A stretch of DNA of 64,000 bases from Escherichia virus TH55: the sequence record MT446421.1; one strand, 5' to 3'. Below are positions 38,045-47,640 of the stretch, piece by piece. A program made the position numbers and the translations under genes. The stretch's first letter is position 1. The number at the start of each line of letters is the position of its first letter. Below the pieces are notes generated by a model, which searched no databases, was not told where the DNA came from, and saw only the letters and a program-made list of their open reading frames with translations.

Positions 38045-39030
38045 TTCAGTAGCTCCAGAGCCTGTTCCAGTTTATCCAGACGATTAGTTGATTCTTCCCA
38101 AAGTCGCTTGGCTTTGGTATAGTCTTCAGTTGCCTTTTTATTAACAGCAAGAGCTTTATTATACGCCATTTCCAGAGCAACAATTTCAGGCGCTTTTTGT
38201 TCCACTGGCTCATTATTCAGATTATCAATCAGGTCTTCAAGGGTGGTTTCTTGCGGAGCATTCATAATTTCCTCACTTTTCTTTTTATAAATTTCTGCAT
38301 CAGTTGGTTGTTTTGCGCATTTAACTTCGCGTAATGTCACCACAATTTTCCAACCTTTCCAACCATGAGTACTGGTGATAGGGTCTACTTTAATTTTTTC
38401 AACAGTGCGCATATAGTTAAGGGCGCACTGCATCTGTGAAGTAAGCGTGCTCGCGGCATCAAGATACTTTTTGACATTTTCTGGAGTAGCTACCGGCGTA
38501 AAGAATTCATACTTAACTGTAATAATTACCTGGTTTTCACCAGACTCTTTAACATTTATCATGTGCTCAGCCAAATGGGAGATAGTGCGATAATCGCTAC
38601 CCATCAATTTTGTCGCTGATTTGATGATAGACATTTTGTTATCTCTGAATTCACGAGCCCAGCAATTTGCGAATTCAGAAACAGTATAGCCTTGTTTATC
38701 AAGGTAGTATTTTTCAACATCACCAAACCAATGATATCCAATTGTACCTTTACCATGTCTGGATTCAACGCCAAACTTATTAAGAAGGTCTTTATTAACC
38801 AGGTATGCCAGGACTCGGGAACCTTTAAAAGTTTTCTTGATATCATCTTTACCGGCACGGCTCGCAATAGTCGCAATGTCTTTCTTGAAGCGCCCGGATG
38901 CAACAATCGTCGAGTCAATCTGATTTAACCAGTAATTGATAATTAAAAGGATAGCCGATTCACCTATTAATGGTTTTACTTTTGCATCGATAGTGGTGTT
39001 AAAGGCCTGGATATATTCGTTACGTGTCAT
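38041..39030 (-). CDS. hypothetical protein
   Basis: 329-aa ORF; C-terminal coiled-coil. Confidence 0.55.
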   Translation of the reverse strand: MTRNEYIQAFNTTIDAKVKPLIGESAILLIINYWLNQIDSTIVASGRFKKDIATIASRAGKDDIKKTFKGSRVLAYLVNKDLLNKFGVESRHGKGTIGYHWFGDVEKYYLDKQGYTVSEFANCWAREFRDNKMSIIKSATKLMGSDYRTISHLAEHMINVKESGENQVIITVKYEFFTPVATPENVKKYLDAASTLTSQMQCALNYMRTVEKIKVDPITSTHGWKGWKIVVTLREVKCAKQPTDAEIYKKKSEEIMNAPQETTLEDLIDNLNNEPVEQKAPEIVALEMAYNKALAVNKKATEDYTKAKRLWEESTNRLDKLEQALELLK

Positions 39031-39088
39031 AGTGTTCTCCTCATAAAGTAGGAATTCATTATACTCCCTCCATCCTTGGAAGTAAACA

Positions 39089-39970
39089 TTATTTTAATGC
39101 TAAAATCGCCGCCTGCAATTTATTGCGTTGTGTTTCCATATTCTTGATGCGATTCAGAACATCCTGAATACCCTTTTTCTCATCTTCAATCAGACCGTTT
39201 AAGCGGTTGACTGATTCCTGGATAGCATCAGCATGATAGCTCTCAATAGGCTTCATTGGTGGGTTAAAGATTTCAAGAGAGCTGTTTGGCTGGATTTTCC
39301 ATTGATACATATTTTTAACTTCCAGTGGTGAAATTTTAGCCTGGTCGTAAGATTTAAACTGACCTGTAACTGCTGGGTTATATGTCGCAGTAGGGATATG
39401 TTCTGCCATTTCTGGTTCCTTTTTCTCTTGATAAGGTGCATAAGACAAAAGATATTCTTTAGTTAATTTAATATCAATGACTATAGTTTTAAGGAATTTT
39501 TCCGTTTGGTGGATATAATTTGTATCTTCTTCAAACGTGTATGCTTCAACAGCATGGCGCATATAAAACAGCGCGATACCCATAACCTCTTTAAAGGTAT
39601 CACAAAGAGCAACGTCGCCCTTGGTGGTTGGTTTGAACTTAATCTGTATACCATCATTCTTGATATTGATAATCAAGTTGTCAGAGTTAAAATTATAGTT
39701 CTTGATGTTAACCGGAGCCTTGCGAATACGAAGCCCGCCAGCCAGGATTTCCTTAATGCTCTTACGAACTGTGGCACCAAACAAAAACGCAGGGCGGCGG
39801 CAGTAATCATTCAGAGAGTTAATTCTTACAATACGTTGCCCATACCCCTGGGTGGCAGAACCTGATTTGATTTTACCAAAGTTAACCAGAGAATTCATCG
39901 CGATAAGACGGGTTGCACGACCTTCACGCTGTTCAAATCGAGAATATTCTTTACGTGTTTTAATGTTCAT
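39089..39970 (-). CDS. hypothetical protein
   Basis: ORF trimmed to ATG 39968-39970; C-terminal coiled-coil. Confidence 0.5.
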   Translation of the reverse strand: MNIKTRKEYSRFEQREGRATRLIAMNSLVNFGKIKSGSATQGYGQRIVRINSLNDYCRRPAFLFGATVRKSIKEILAGGLRIRKAPVNIKNYNFNSDNLIINIKNDGIQIKFKPTTKGDVALCDTFKEVMGIALFYMRHAVEAYTFEEDTNYIHQTEKFLKTIVIDIKLTKEYLLSYAPYQEKKEPEMAEHIPTATYNPAVTGQFKSYDQAKISPLEVKNMYQWKIQPNSSLEIFNPPMKPIESYHADAIQESVNRLNGLIEDEKKGIQDVLNRIKNMETQRNKLQAAILALK

Positions 39971-39971
39971 A

Positions 39972-40208
39972 TCATAATCCAAATAATTTTTTATAGAGTT
40001 TAGCAAAAGGCCAGGCCACACACATTATAACAGCGACTACCCAGAATATAGGCCAGCAAAATGTTGTGAACACCGCATCATACTCGTCCCCACTTTCGTA
40101 GGGACTATCAAACTTGTGAAGTAACAGGGTAGTAATAAAACCTATCACAAGATAACCAAAAATAATGCTGATAATCAAAATAGTCATATTAATCCTTAAG
40201 CAATTCAA
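39972..40208 (-). CDS. small membrane protein
   Basis: 78 aa; two hydrophobic helices. Confidence 0.45.
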   Translation of the reverse strand: MNCLRINMTILIISIIFGYLVIGFITTLLLHKFDSPYESGDEYDAVFTTFCWPIFWVVAVIMCVAWPFAKLYKKLFGL

Positions 40209-41034
40209 TAACGTTCATCAGTTTCTGACGTTCGGCTTTCGCCGCGTTATTCAGTCCCGACAGACGGAAAATTTCATCATCTTGCTGCTGGATGGTGATG
40301 TTAAGCTCTTCAATCTGTTTAGTGAAAAGCTCAATTTGCTCTGAATATTTTTCATTGCTTCGCACTGGAACAGGTTCCATTTTAGGAGCTTGTTCTGAAG
40401 GGCTGACTTCAAATTGGTCTTTAATTTGACATAGTTTAATACGCTGGACGCCTCCAGTTTTAACATCATAAAAGGTAAGAACACCATGGCATTCCAGTAC
40501 AGACAATGCCAAACGAAGATGGAATTTCCAATTATCATATTGACATCCACTAAAAGAAGAAATACTGTATTCACCTTCTTTTTGACCTTTAATAACATTA
40601 AATAGTTTATAATCTAAAGAATTATTGGTTTTAAAGGTCATTTGTTTATCTTGACCGCTTGCTAAACGAGCGCCTAATGCCAATAAACGGCGCTGGTTTT
40701 TCCAAAGGTCTTTAACCACTTCATCAAACGTCATGGTGCTAATCGCACGACCATAAAGGTCATAGCCTTTGTTATAATTTTTAAGTAGAATTTTGGCATT
40801 AGCACGAGACAACATACCTGAACGATGAAGAGATTTCATGACTCGGTCTTCTAATGTAAGAAGACCAGTGGTCTTTTCAAAGATTTTAGTGAATTCAGCG
40901 GAATTAGTACAAACATTGAACTTATTCCACATCATATATAGAACATTTAAAACCACATCTTTAGTGCTTGGAATACTGTTAAATTTAACAACTTTTTTAA
41001 CTTCAGAACGAATTTCATTAATTGCTTGTGACAT
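40189..41034 (-). CDS. hypothetical protein
   Basis: 281-aa ORF; AGGAAA SD; C-terminal coiled-coil. Confidence 0.55.
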   Translation of the reverse strand: MSQAINEIRSEVKKVVKFNSIPSTKDVVLNVLYMMWNKFNVCTNSAEFTKIFEKTTGLLTLEDRVMKSLHRSGMLSRANAKILLKNYNKGYDLYGRAISTMTFDEVVKDLWKNQRRLLALGARLASGQDKQMTFKTNNSLDYKLFNVIKGQKEGEYSISSFSGCQYDNWKFHLRLALSVLECHGVLTFYDVKTGGVQRIKLCQIKDQFEVSPSEQAPKMEPVPVRSNEKYSEQIELFTKQIEELNITIQQQDDEIFRLSGLNNAAKAERQKLMNVIELLKD

Positions 41035-41097
41035 AATAATTTCCTCAATAGATTAATCAAAGGTCAGAACCATTATACCATCCTTGGTATAAAGCGT

Positions 41098-41622
41098 TTA
41101 TGCGAGAACCGTCTTTAAACGCTCTTCAAACTTCTGAAGGAGTACCTGGCGCTCTGCTCTTTGTTTGGTATAGGTTTCAATACGCTCTGAAGTGAGATTG
41201 TATTGTTCATTAACTGATTCCCTCATGAATTCAGGAATCTCTTTACATGCTTTGATTTCATTGAACTTATCAAGCACCGCTTGTTGTTCAGCAATCAGAC
41301 CATCATAATATTGGATATCTGATTTGATGTTTTGTACATCAGATTCAGTAGGCATATTTTTCTTCGCTCTTGTCGCCTGATACTCAGCATTAGTCTCTCT
41401 TGACCAGAACAGGGAGCGGTTTTTATTGGTGTTTTTATACACATCAACAATACCAACTGAATCAACAGTCACAATCCAGTTCCAGGCGTTTTTATAAGTT
41501 TGACCACCTGATACTGTAATCTCACCCGCACAAGCAACATCATTAAAGAACTTGCTTTGTGCTTCTGATTTAAAATTACCATTATTGTAATTAATCAGAT
41601 TAAAGATTGATTTAGCTTCCAT
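41098..41622 (-). CDS. hypothetical protein
   Basis: 174-aa ORF with own promoter motif. Confidence 0.55.
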   Translation of the reverse strand: MEAKSIFNLINYNNGNFKSEAQSKFFNDVACAGEITVSGGQTYKNAWNWIVTVDSVGIVDVYKNTNKNRSLFWSRETNAEYQATRAKKNMPTESDVQNIKSDIQYYDGLIAEQQAVLDKFNEIKACKEIPEFMRESVNEQYNLTSERIETYTKQRAERQVLLQKFEERLKTVLA

Positions 41623-41658
41623 TTTATTCTCCAGTATTTGGTAACTCAGTATGGGAAC

Positions 41659-41687
41659 ATTATACGTCTATCCCCATACCATGTACA
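41659..41687 (-). promoter_or_regulatory. early-type promoter
   Basis: -35 TGTACA 41682-41687, 17 bp, -10 TATAAT 41659-41664. Confidence 0.55.
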
Positions 41688-41690
41688 CAT

Positions 41691-41993
41691 TTAATTAAAA
41701 GTTCTTTCAGTATTTTCACCACTGAACCAGACGCTCTTAACGGCTTGCTGGGCGCGATGGAGCTGCTCTGCCATATAAACACCAAGGGCCTCAGCTTTAC
41801 GTGCCCTGTGAGCTTCTGCGGCGACTATTTGCAACTTATCCATCATGATAAGAGCTTTACATTTCTCCTTCAGAGCATATCGCTTCTTCTCTTCTGGAGT
41901 TTTGACCATTCCTCTTAACTTGTGCATTTTCAACTTAAAATGGTCAGCAGATTTCAGACATGCGTCAGTCATGTCAAGTTCATACTTTTTCAT
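41691..41993 (-). CDS. hypothetical basic helical protein
   Basis: 100-aa ORF. Confidence 0.5.
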   Translation of the reverse strand: MKKYELDMTDACLKSADHFKLKMHKLRGMVKTPEEKKRYALKEKCKALIMMDKLQIVAAEAHRARKAEALGVYMAEQLHRAQQAVKSVWFSGENTERTFN

Positions 41994-41999
41994 AATTCC

Positions 42000-42206
42000 T
42001 CACTTGCGACGACGTTTTGGTAATGGTTTAGGGAAGAACATTGCTTTACCTGCAGGGGTCAAAGTCACACGCAAAGCATTACCAATACCAAGGGATGCTT
42101 TAACCAGACCTTTGGCTTTTAACTCACCAAATGCTTGACGTTGTTCGGGGTCACGAGTGTTAACCATCAGACCTTTTTCACCAGCAGCTTTGATTAATTC
42201 TAACAT
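42000..42206 (-). CDS. hypothetical protein
   Basis: 68-aa ORF; GGAGA SD; own promoter motif. Confidence 0.5.
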   Translation of the reverse strand: MLELIKAAGEKGLMVNTRDPEQRQAFGELKAKGLVKASLGIGNALRVTLTPAGKAMFFPKPLPKRRRK

Positions 42207-42255
42207 TTTATTCTCCGTTTGTTCGTTTGTTTATTTGGTAACTCAGTATGGAATC

Positions 42256-42284
42256 ATTATGCATCATGACCATCTGGTTGTACA
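42256..42284 (-). promoter_or_regulatory. early-type promoter
   Basis: -35 TGTACA 42279-42284, 17 bp, -10 CATAAT 42256-42261; just downstream of terminator. Confidence 0.55.
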
Positions 42285-42304
42285 CTACTTTTTAAAATAA
42301 AAAA

Positions 42305-42320
42305 GGACCCCGAAGGGTCC
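42305..42320 (-). terminator. rho-independent terminator
   Basis: GGACCC-TTCG-GGGTCC hairpin followed by TTTTTTATTTT. Confidence 0.75.
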
Positions 42321-42563
42321 TTAGATTACACTCCAAAAATTATGGAAGCGGATATCATCGATAGCCCAGTTAACAAACATGCGAGTTTGTTTGGGTGTTG
42401 GTTTACATGAGTACTTGTTATTGACCCGACGACCAGTTTCTCGACAGACTGCTTCGAGATACCATCGGCGGCCTTTATGAGGTCTTCCGTATGATAAGAA
42501 GACCTTGATTTCTTTGTTAACGATAATAGGAATTGTGGTTGTCAAGGTATACCTCTTCAACAA
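42321..42563 (-). CDS. hypothetical basic protein
   Basis: 80-aa ORF followed by strong terminator; 5' end overlaps upstream gene. Confidence 0.45.
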   Translation of the reverse strand: MLKRYTLTTTIPIIVNKEIKVFLSYGRPHKGRRWYLEAVCRETGRRVNNKYSCKPTPKQTRMFVNWAIDDIRFHNFWSVI

Positions 42564-43527
42564 ACTTGTCCCAGAACTTCATGTCCACCTTCACAGGCAT
42601 ACCATTCTTAGCAGCCTGGATGGCCAGAACTTCAACTAAATCGACAGTATCTTCAAGAAGTTCTTGAACTTCTTTAAATGGTAATTCACCAGCTTTAATC
42701 AGCTTAATGATAGAGGCTTCACGCAATGGGAATACCAAGTCACCTGTTTGGTAGATTTCCATCAATTGATACCCTGCACGATATGCATGGCTCAGTGCTT
42801 TCCAGTCAATACCTTCATTAGCTTCAGCCTTACGAGCACGTTCACCATATTCGGCGTCGAGTTTATTCAGAGATTGCTTGAGCTCGATTAATGATAGAGT
42901 AGTTTGGTATTTACGACCGAGGACAGTATAGAACGTTTGAGGACCTGTTTTCTCATGGTTATGAAATACCCATTCGCAGAACTCGTTTTCAGGGAGCCTG
43001 TGTTTGATATCTTCTACCTTAGTACGTCGTTGCTTAGTGGAACCATCTTCTTGATAATCAACCCATTGTTCAGGAATCTGGTTAACAATTTCCAATACAC
43101 CACGCAGTGCAGCCAATCGAGAACCTTTAACACCATATTTGGAAGCTTGCTTACGGACGTACCCCAAATAGGCTTTCATGTTAGTTGTATAGAACCGCGA
43201 ACGGTTGTCTTGAATAAACTTCCATACATCTGGTAAATCGGATTTGACTACCAGGTCAGCCGGTGTGTGAATCATATCCAGAGCAACGGTTTCGCCTTCG
43301 GCTGCCAGTTTAAAGAAATATTTCAGGCTATAAAGTTCATGGTCAACATCATCTTTTGTATTTTTGGTAGCCGTGTTATTCGTGTTCAGGTTGGTATGGT
43401 TCATCGCGGTTCCGAGCAGGATATCTCGCGGATGAGGAACAAAGATTTCTTTAAAATCAACATCAGATTCCGGAGTGCTTGTTCCATAAAGATGGCTACC
43501 GAAGTAGCCTTTCATAACTGTTCTCAT
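42517..43527 (-). CDS. predicted nucleotidyltransferase (pol-beta superfamily fold)
   Basis: 336 aa; N-terminal GSHLYGTSTPESDVD fits hG[GS]x9-13Dh[DE] motif. Confidence 0.5.
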   Translation of the reverse strand: MRTVMKGYFGSHLYGTSTPESDVDFKEIFVPHPRDILLGTAMNHTNLNTNNTATKNTKDDVDHELYSLKYFFKLAAEGETVALDMIHTPADLVVKSDLPDVWKFIQDNRSRFYTTNMKAYLGYVRKQASKYGVKGSRLAALRGVLEIVNQIPEQWVDYQEDGSTKQRRTKVEDIKHRLPENEFCEWVFHNHEKTGPQTFYTVLGRKYQTTLSLIELKQSLNKLDAEYGERARKAEANEGIDWKALSHAYRAGYQLMEIYQTGDLVFPLREASIIKLIKAGELPFKEVQELLEDTVDLVEVLAIQAAKNGMPVKVDMKFWDKFVEEVYLDNHNSYYR

Positions 43528-43976
43528 TTCTTCGCCTCAAAATGGATTACCGGGCACATCTTAGATTTACGAGCTTTGATATATTGAATGAAAACGTTTT
43601 CTTTAATTTCCTTTCCTTCGCGTTTGGCTAGAATGCGTTGCCATTCCTTTTCTTCTTTACGTAAATCATACCAGGACCATAAATTCATTAGACCGTACAT
43701 AATGCCAAAGGATACCACTAGAATAAGGGCCAGTGTAGCCAGTCCTAAAATAAATCCTAAGCTTAAACCAACCGGCATGCTTAATACAAAGAAATGCTCT
43801 AATACACCAGCCCCCGCGACAGTTAATCCAAAAACCATACTACCGATAAAAACGGCACAAACAAAACAAGCCCAAACCATTTTCCAGAAGTAAGCACACA
43901 AAGAGTGTGGTCGAGAATGACGGTCATAAAAACGGTCGTGTAATTTAACGTGCCAAGAGTTTGCATTGATAATCAT
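43524..43976 (-). CDS. membrane protein
   Basis: 150 aa; multiple hydrophobic helices. Confidence 0.5.
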   Translation of the reverse strand: MIINANSWHVKLHDRFYDRHSRPHSLCAYFWKMVWACFVCAVFIGSMVFGLTVAGAGVLEHFFVLSMPVGLSLGFILGLATLALILVVSFGIMYGLMNLWSWYDLRKEEKEWQRILAKREGKEIKENVFIQYIKARKSKMCPVIHFEAKK

Positions 43977-43986
43977 AATATTTTCC

Positions 43987-44547
43987 TTAAGAGTTCATAG
44001 TTGGGATAACAGAGTTCAGATAAGAGACTAAAACTTTTAGCTCGTCCTTAGTAAATACCACTTCATTAAAACCATCGTGTACTTGGGTAATACATAGTTG
44101 GTCACGACCGTCATGTTGAACAACAGTCAGTTCAGTATTATAATTTAATTCTTCTTCGTCGCCGTCAAAGGTTTCGCTGGAGCGAATCAGTGCATCTTGG
44201 CCTGGTACTTTCCATTCGACTTCTGGCTTACATTCTTCCTGGAACAGTTTGAAAATACAATCAAAGAATTTATCAGAATCGCTAATGCTCAGACATTTTT
44301 CATCTGTTTCAATATTAAACCCACCATCGTGCTTATAAATGCGAGCGCATACATCATCGTTAATATCAAATACACCACTAAAACTACCGCTAAGATAATC
44401 CTGTTTATCTAAAACCTTTAAAGCATAAAGTGGTTTAATATCTTGGATAGTCAGTACGATTTTATCGTCTTCTTGACAAAGCTCAATTGCATTATTAACT
44501 ACTTCAGCGGTCAGTTCGCCAAACAATTCAGTTGTTTCAATAATCAT
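43987..44547 (-). CDS. hypothetical acidic protein
   Basis: 186-aa ORF. Confidence 0.5.
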   Translation of the reverse strand: MIIETTELFGELTAEVVNNAIELCQEDDKIVLTIQDIKPLYALKVLDKQDYLSGSFSGVFDINDDVCARIYKHDGGFNIETDEKCLSISDSDKFFDCIFKLFQEECKPEVEWKVPGQDALIRSSETFDGDEEELNYNTELTVVQHDGRDQLCITQVHDGFNEVVFTKDELKVLVSYLNSVIPTMNS

Positions 44548-44557
44548 TTTCTGTTCC

Positions 44558-44842
44558 TCAACGGTTATGTTTTAAAATACTATAAAGTGCTTCTACTTGG
44601 CTTGCATCCAGGTAAATAACATCATCATCTTGCTCAATGGAAATCCCACCGGTATTACCTTTAACAAAATTACATTCGCATACTTCAACTGGGCGGTATA
44701 CGTCACCAACTGGATGCTCAGGCTCCAGAACAATCACACCATTTTCAGAATTGCCGCTTGGGTCATATAACATTACATTTTCCTCACTAACCACGAAAAG
44801 AATAAACCGATTAAAATAGGACCTATAATCATTGTTGACCAA
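44558..44842 (-). CDS. hypothetical protein
   Basis: 94-aa ORF. Confidence 0.45.
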   Translation of the reverse strand: MVNNDYRSYFNRFILFVVSEENVMLYDPSGNSENGVIVLEPEHPVGDVYRPVEVCECNFVKGNTGGISIEQDDDVIYLDASQVEALYSILKHNR

Positions 44843-44864
44843 GCCCAGGGTTCTAAGTAATAAA

Positions 44865-45122
44865 TCATCTCATGCTCCTGTGCCAACAATTTCTTGGTTC
44901 ACGTTTAAAAATTTCATCATGCATTGATTGACAACCAACACAATATATCACACCTTTAATCGCTTGTCTCCGCGCTTCAGGAATTTTTTCGTCGCAGTCA
45001 AAACAGAATTCAGCAGACTCCCTTTCAACTGCAACTTGTGCTCGTGCGTGAACGATAGCGGCTTGGACAACCGCTTCCATCTCTAACTGTTCAGCACCAT
45101 CTTTTGCAAATCCAACAGCCAT
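44865..45122 (-). CDS. TraR/DksA-family C4 zinc-finger protein
   Basis: 85 aa; CFDC-x17-CVGC with IPEARRQA core typical of TraR/DksA. Confidence 0.65.
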   Translation of the reverse strand: MAVGFAKDGAEQLEMEAVVQAAIVHARAQVAVERESAEFCFDCDEKIPEARRQAIKGVIYCVGCQSMHDEIFKREPRNCWHRSMR

Positions 45123-45304
45123 TATTCTTTCAACTCATTCAGATAAGCAATTAATTCTTCTTTAGAACTATTCAAATCACGCTTGCACTGTTCTATTCCA
45201 GAATATGAATAACCTTCACAATATTCAACAGCCAGGTCATTGGATGCATTTTCAATGTGCCAGGCGAGTTTGATAATTTTTTCAATCTGTTCAGTAGTTA
45301 ACAT
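45122..45304 (-). CDS. hypothetical protein
   Basis: 60-aa ORF. Confidence 0.4.
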   Translation of the reverse strand: MLTTEQIEKIIKLAWHIENASNDLAVEYCEGYSYSGIEQCKRDLNSSKEELIAYLNELKE

Positions 45305-45308
45305 AATA

Positions 45309-45545
45309 TCACCAGTATTTTTTGATAGTAGAAATTAATTCTTGGACTTGAGTGGTCTTCAGCTTACACCCACAACCTTTTAAGGTGTCTTTAAGGAGCC
45401 ATGGCTCTTTGAGCTCATCCTTTTCCAGGCGAATTCTATATCCGCGGTAATCAGCAAATATGCTTCCGTCATCAAATATCTTAATTTCAAGAATATGATT
45501 ATTGGTTTCATATTCCAATGAAACCATGGTATTTGTAAGTTTCAT
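45309..45545 (-). CDS. hypothetical protein
   Basis: 78-aa ORF. Confidence 0.45.
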   Translation of the reverse strand: MKLTNTMVSLEYETNNHILEIKIFDDGSIFADYRGYRIRLEKDELKEPWLLKDTLKGCGCKLKTTQVQELISTIKKYW

Positions 45546-45748
45546 TATTCCACCACATATGATAATGAGAAAATTGCTGATGAAAGATGAGTAGCATCTT
45601 CTTCACACAGTTCAAATGGAGCTTTCTGCAAGAGTTCAACAACTTCTTCATCAGTGGCACTGTCCATAAAGATTGCATAATCATTAAGATAGATAACAAC
45701 CTCATCACCAGTATTAACTGCATCAATCTTGATATTTTTAATTCTCAT
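45545..45748 (-). CDS. hypothetical acidic protein
   Basis: 67-aa ORF with own promoter motif. Confidence 0.45.
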   Translation of the reverse strand: MRIKNIKIDAVNTGDEVVIYLNDYAIFMDSATDEEVVELLQKAPFELCEEDATHLSSAIFSLSYVVE

Positions 45749-45776
45749 TGTATTCTCCTCAGTAGTTGATGGGATA

Positions 45777-45805
45777 ATAGTACACCCTTTTTATGAGGAT
45801 GTAAA
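45777..45805 (-). promoter_or_regulatory. early-type promoter
   Basis: -35 TTTACA 45800-45805, 17 bp, -10 TACTAT 45777-45782. Confidence 0.5.
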
Positions 45806-45848
45806 CCCCTAAATGAAAAAAGGCCCACCCGAAGGCAGACCTTTTGAA

Positions 45849-46232
45849 TTACTCTAGTGTTAACAGATACTTAGTCTGAAAGAAAACTCCAACGATATCG
45901 TCCAGAGTCGATTGAATAGCCTTAGGTACAACTTTATAGACTCTTTCCGAGCTTTTAATCATTTCATCTAAAAACAAAATTGTATCTTTCGGCAAGTCCG
46001 AGGCGGACGGTAATGCAGCTTTGTATTGTTTCCCGCTGTAACCTAACCATTGCTCACTGAACTGGTCGAGTGGACCTTGGATTTCTGTGAAGTAGAAATC
46101 ATAAGCTTTATGGCGGGCGTAACTTTTGGTTTCAAGATGGGCGGATTTAAAATAAGCCAAAGAGACTAACAACCACCCAATATATGAATCCACCTCAGAC
46201 CCACGACCCGTTACGAAATCATCAAATTTCAT
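45849..46232 (-). CDS. hypothetical protein (rI.-1 position)
   Basis: 127-aa ORF downstream of rI. Confidence 0.5.
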   Translation of the reverse strand: MKFDDFVTGRGSEVDSYIGWLLVSLAYFKSAHLETKSYARHKAYDFYFTEIQGPLDQFSEQWLGYSGKQYKAALPSASDLPKDTILFLDEMIKSSERVYKVVPKAIQSTLDDIVGVFFQTKYLLTLE

Positions 46233-46515
46233 CTTCCAATTTTACCTTCATTAATTTAGCGTATTCGACTGCAGCAGCACGGCCATCAATTTGACATGTG
46301 ATTTCATTTACACATTGACTCTTATTGTTCCATTCAGTTTTAATAAAAGCCCAAAATTGTTCGGACTGCTCGACGCTGGGTTCTTTGAATTGCGAATAGA
46401 TTTGCATCGCACTATCTGCATACTGGGTAAATTTACCATCTGTCGCAGAGGACATATTTGGGCCTAAACAGCCCATTAGTAATAGACTTAGAGAAAGTCC
46501 TCGAATAAGGTCCAT
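46222..46515 (-). CDS. rI: lysis-inhibition regulator RI (antiholin)
   Basis: Trimmed to ATG 46513-46515 (AAGGAG SD), 97 aa; signal-anchor plus C-terminal region resembling recalled T4 RI. Confidence 0.7.
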   Translation of the reverse strand: MDLIRGLSLSLLLMGCLGPNMSSATDGKFTQYADSAMQIYSQFKEPSVEQSEQFWAFIKTEWNNKSQCVNEITCQIDGRAAAVEYAKLMKVKLEDEI

Positions 46516-46589
46516 AAAGGACTCCTTATTGTTGGTCATGATTACGCTTTGCAGCCTTAACATAGCGGAATACTAGTTAGTAACTGTAT

Positions 46590-46865
46590 TTATAATCTTT
46601 TAAATTTGAAACAATACATTGCAAATAAATCAGAAAAATGTCTATCAACCCATATTCTTTGCACTGGACTAGTCACAGTCAGCATATAATGTGATTTTTG
46701 TAAATTTATTCCATTTTTATTCGGGCATTCTTTATTAACAGAATGGTACGTGCTTGCTACTATTTCAATTTCCCTTTCATATCTCTCGCTATCTGTTTGT
46801 GTGGGAATAAATGCAATTCCAGCAATAACAAAAATAGAGATATACGTCCAAACCTTGTATACCAT
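46590..46865 (-). CDS. membrane-anchored protein
   Basis: 91 aa; N-terminal TM helix. Confidence 0.45.
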   Translation of the reverse strand: MVYKVWTYISIFVIAGIAFIPTQTDSERYEREIEIVASTYHSVNKECPNKNGINLQKSHYMLTVTSPVQRIWVDRHFSDLFAMYCFKFKRL

Positions 46866-46872
46866 GCGAACC

Positions 46873-47445
46873 TCAGCTTGTTAATTCGAGCCAGTGTTTT
46901 CTGCATAAAGATACGTACGATTCATTCCCACCGACTAACACTTGCTCGCCGTCCTTTACAGCAGCACCGTCGATTACTCTCGCGGTCATGGTTGCTTTCC
47001 GGCCGCAATGACAGACGCCCTTTAATTCAACCAGTTTATCCGAAATAGCCAGAAGTCTGGCTGAACCGGGAAATAATTGACCCCGAAAATCTGTTCTTAA
47101 CCCGTAACACATAACGGGGATATTGTAATTATCAACCACTTGAGCTAACTGGTCAATTTGCTCTGGTAACAAAAATTGAGCTTCATCGACCAGGACACAA
47201 TGGATATCCTTTTGAGACTCGGCCCATTTATAGAATTCAAACAGGTTCATGTCGGCCGTTACCAGGTTTGCTTCCTGGCTAATACCAATACGTGATTTAA
47301 TTTCAGATTCCGAGTCCCGATTATCAATAACAGGTTTTAGCAAAAGCACACTCATTCCACGCTCTTTATAGGAATAAGCTGCAGTCAGCAATGAAGCTGT
47401 TTTGCCTGCATTCATTGCTGCGTAATGATAAATTAAACTCGCCAT
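46873..47445 (-). CDS. tk: thymidine kinase
   Basis: 190 aa; P-loop AAMNAGKT, C-terminal Cys/His zinc site CHCGRKA. Confidence 0.9.
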   Translation of the reverse strand: MASLIYHYAAMNAGKTASLLTAAYSYKERGMSVLLLKPVIDNRDSESEIKSRIGISQEANLVTADMNLFEFYKWAESQKDIHCVLVDEAQFLLPEQIDQLAQVVDNYNIPVMCYGLRTDFRGQLFPGSARLLAISDKLVELKGVCHCGRKATMTARVIDGAAVKDGEQVLVGGNESYVSLCRKHWLELTS

Positions 47446-47454
47446 ATCACCTTC

Positions 47455-47640
47455 TTAAAGCGTATTCACATAAGCTATTAATTCGTTTTCTTTCGCATCA
47501 AATCGATTAGCAAATTCTTCTTGCTGTTCGGGAGATAGCGGGCCATATTCATCGTAAAAAGCGTTTGCTTCTGTATGCTCATCCAAAAGCTCATGGATAA
47601 GCTCAAACAATCTACTTTTCTGACTAATACTTAAACTCAT
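47455..47640 (-). CDS. hypothetical acidic protein
   Basis: 61-aa ORF. Confidence 0.4.
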   Translation of the reverse strand: MSLSISQKSRLFELIHELLDEHTEANAFYDEYGPLSPEQQEEFANRFDAKENELIAYVNTL

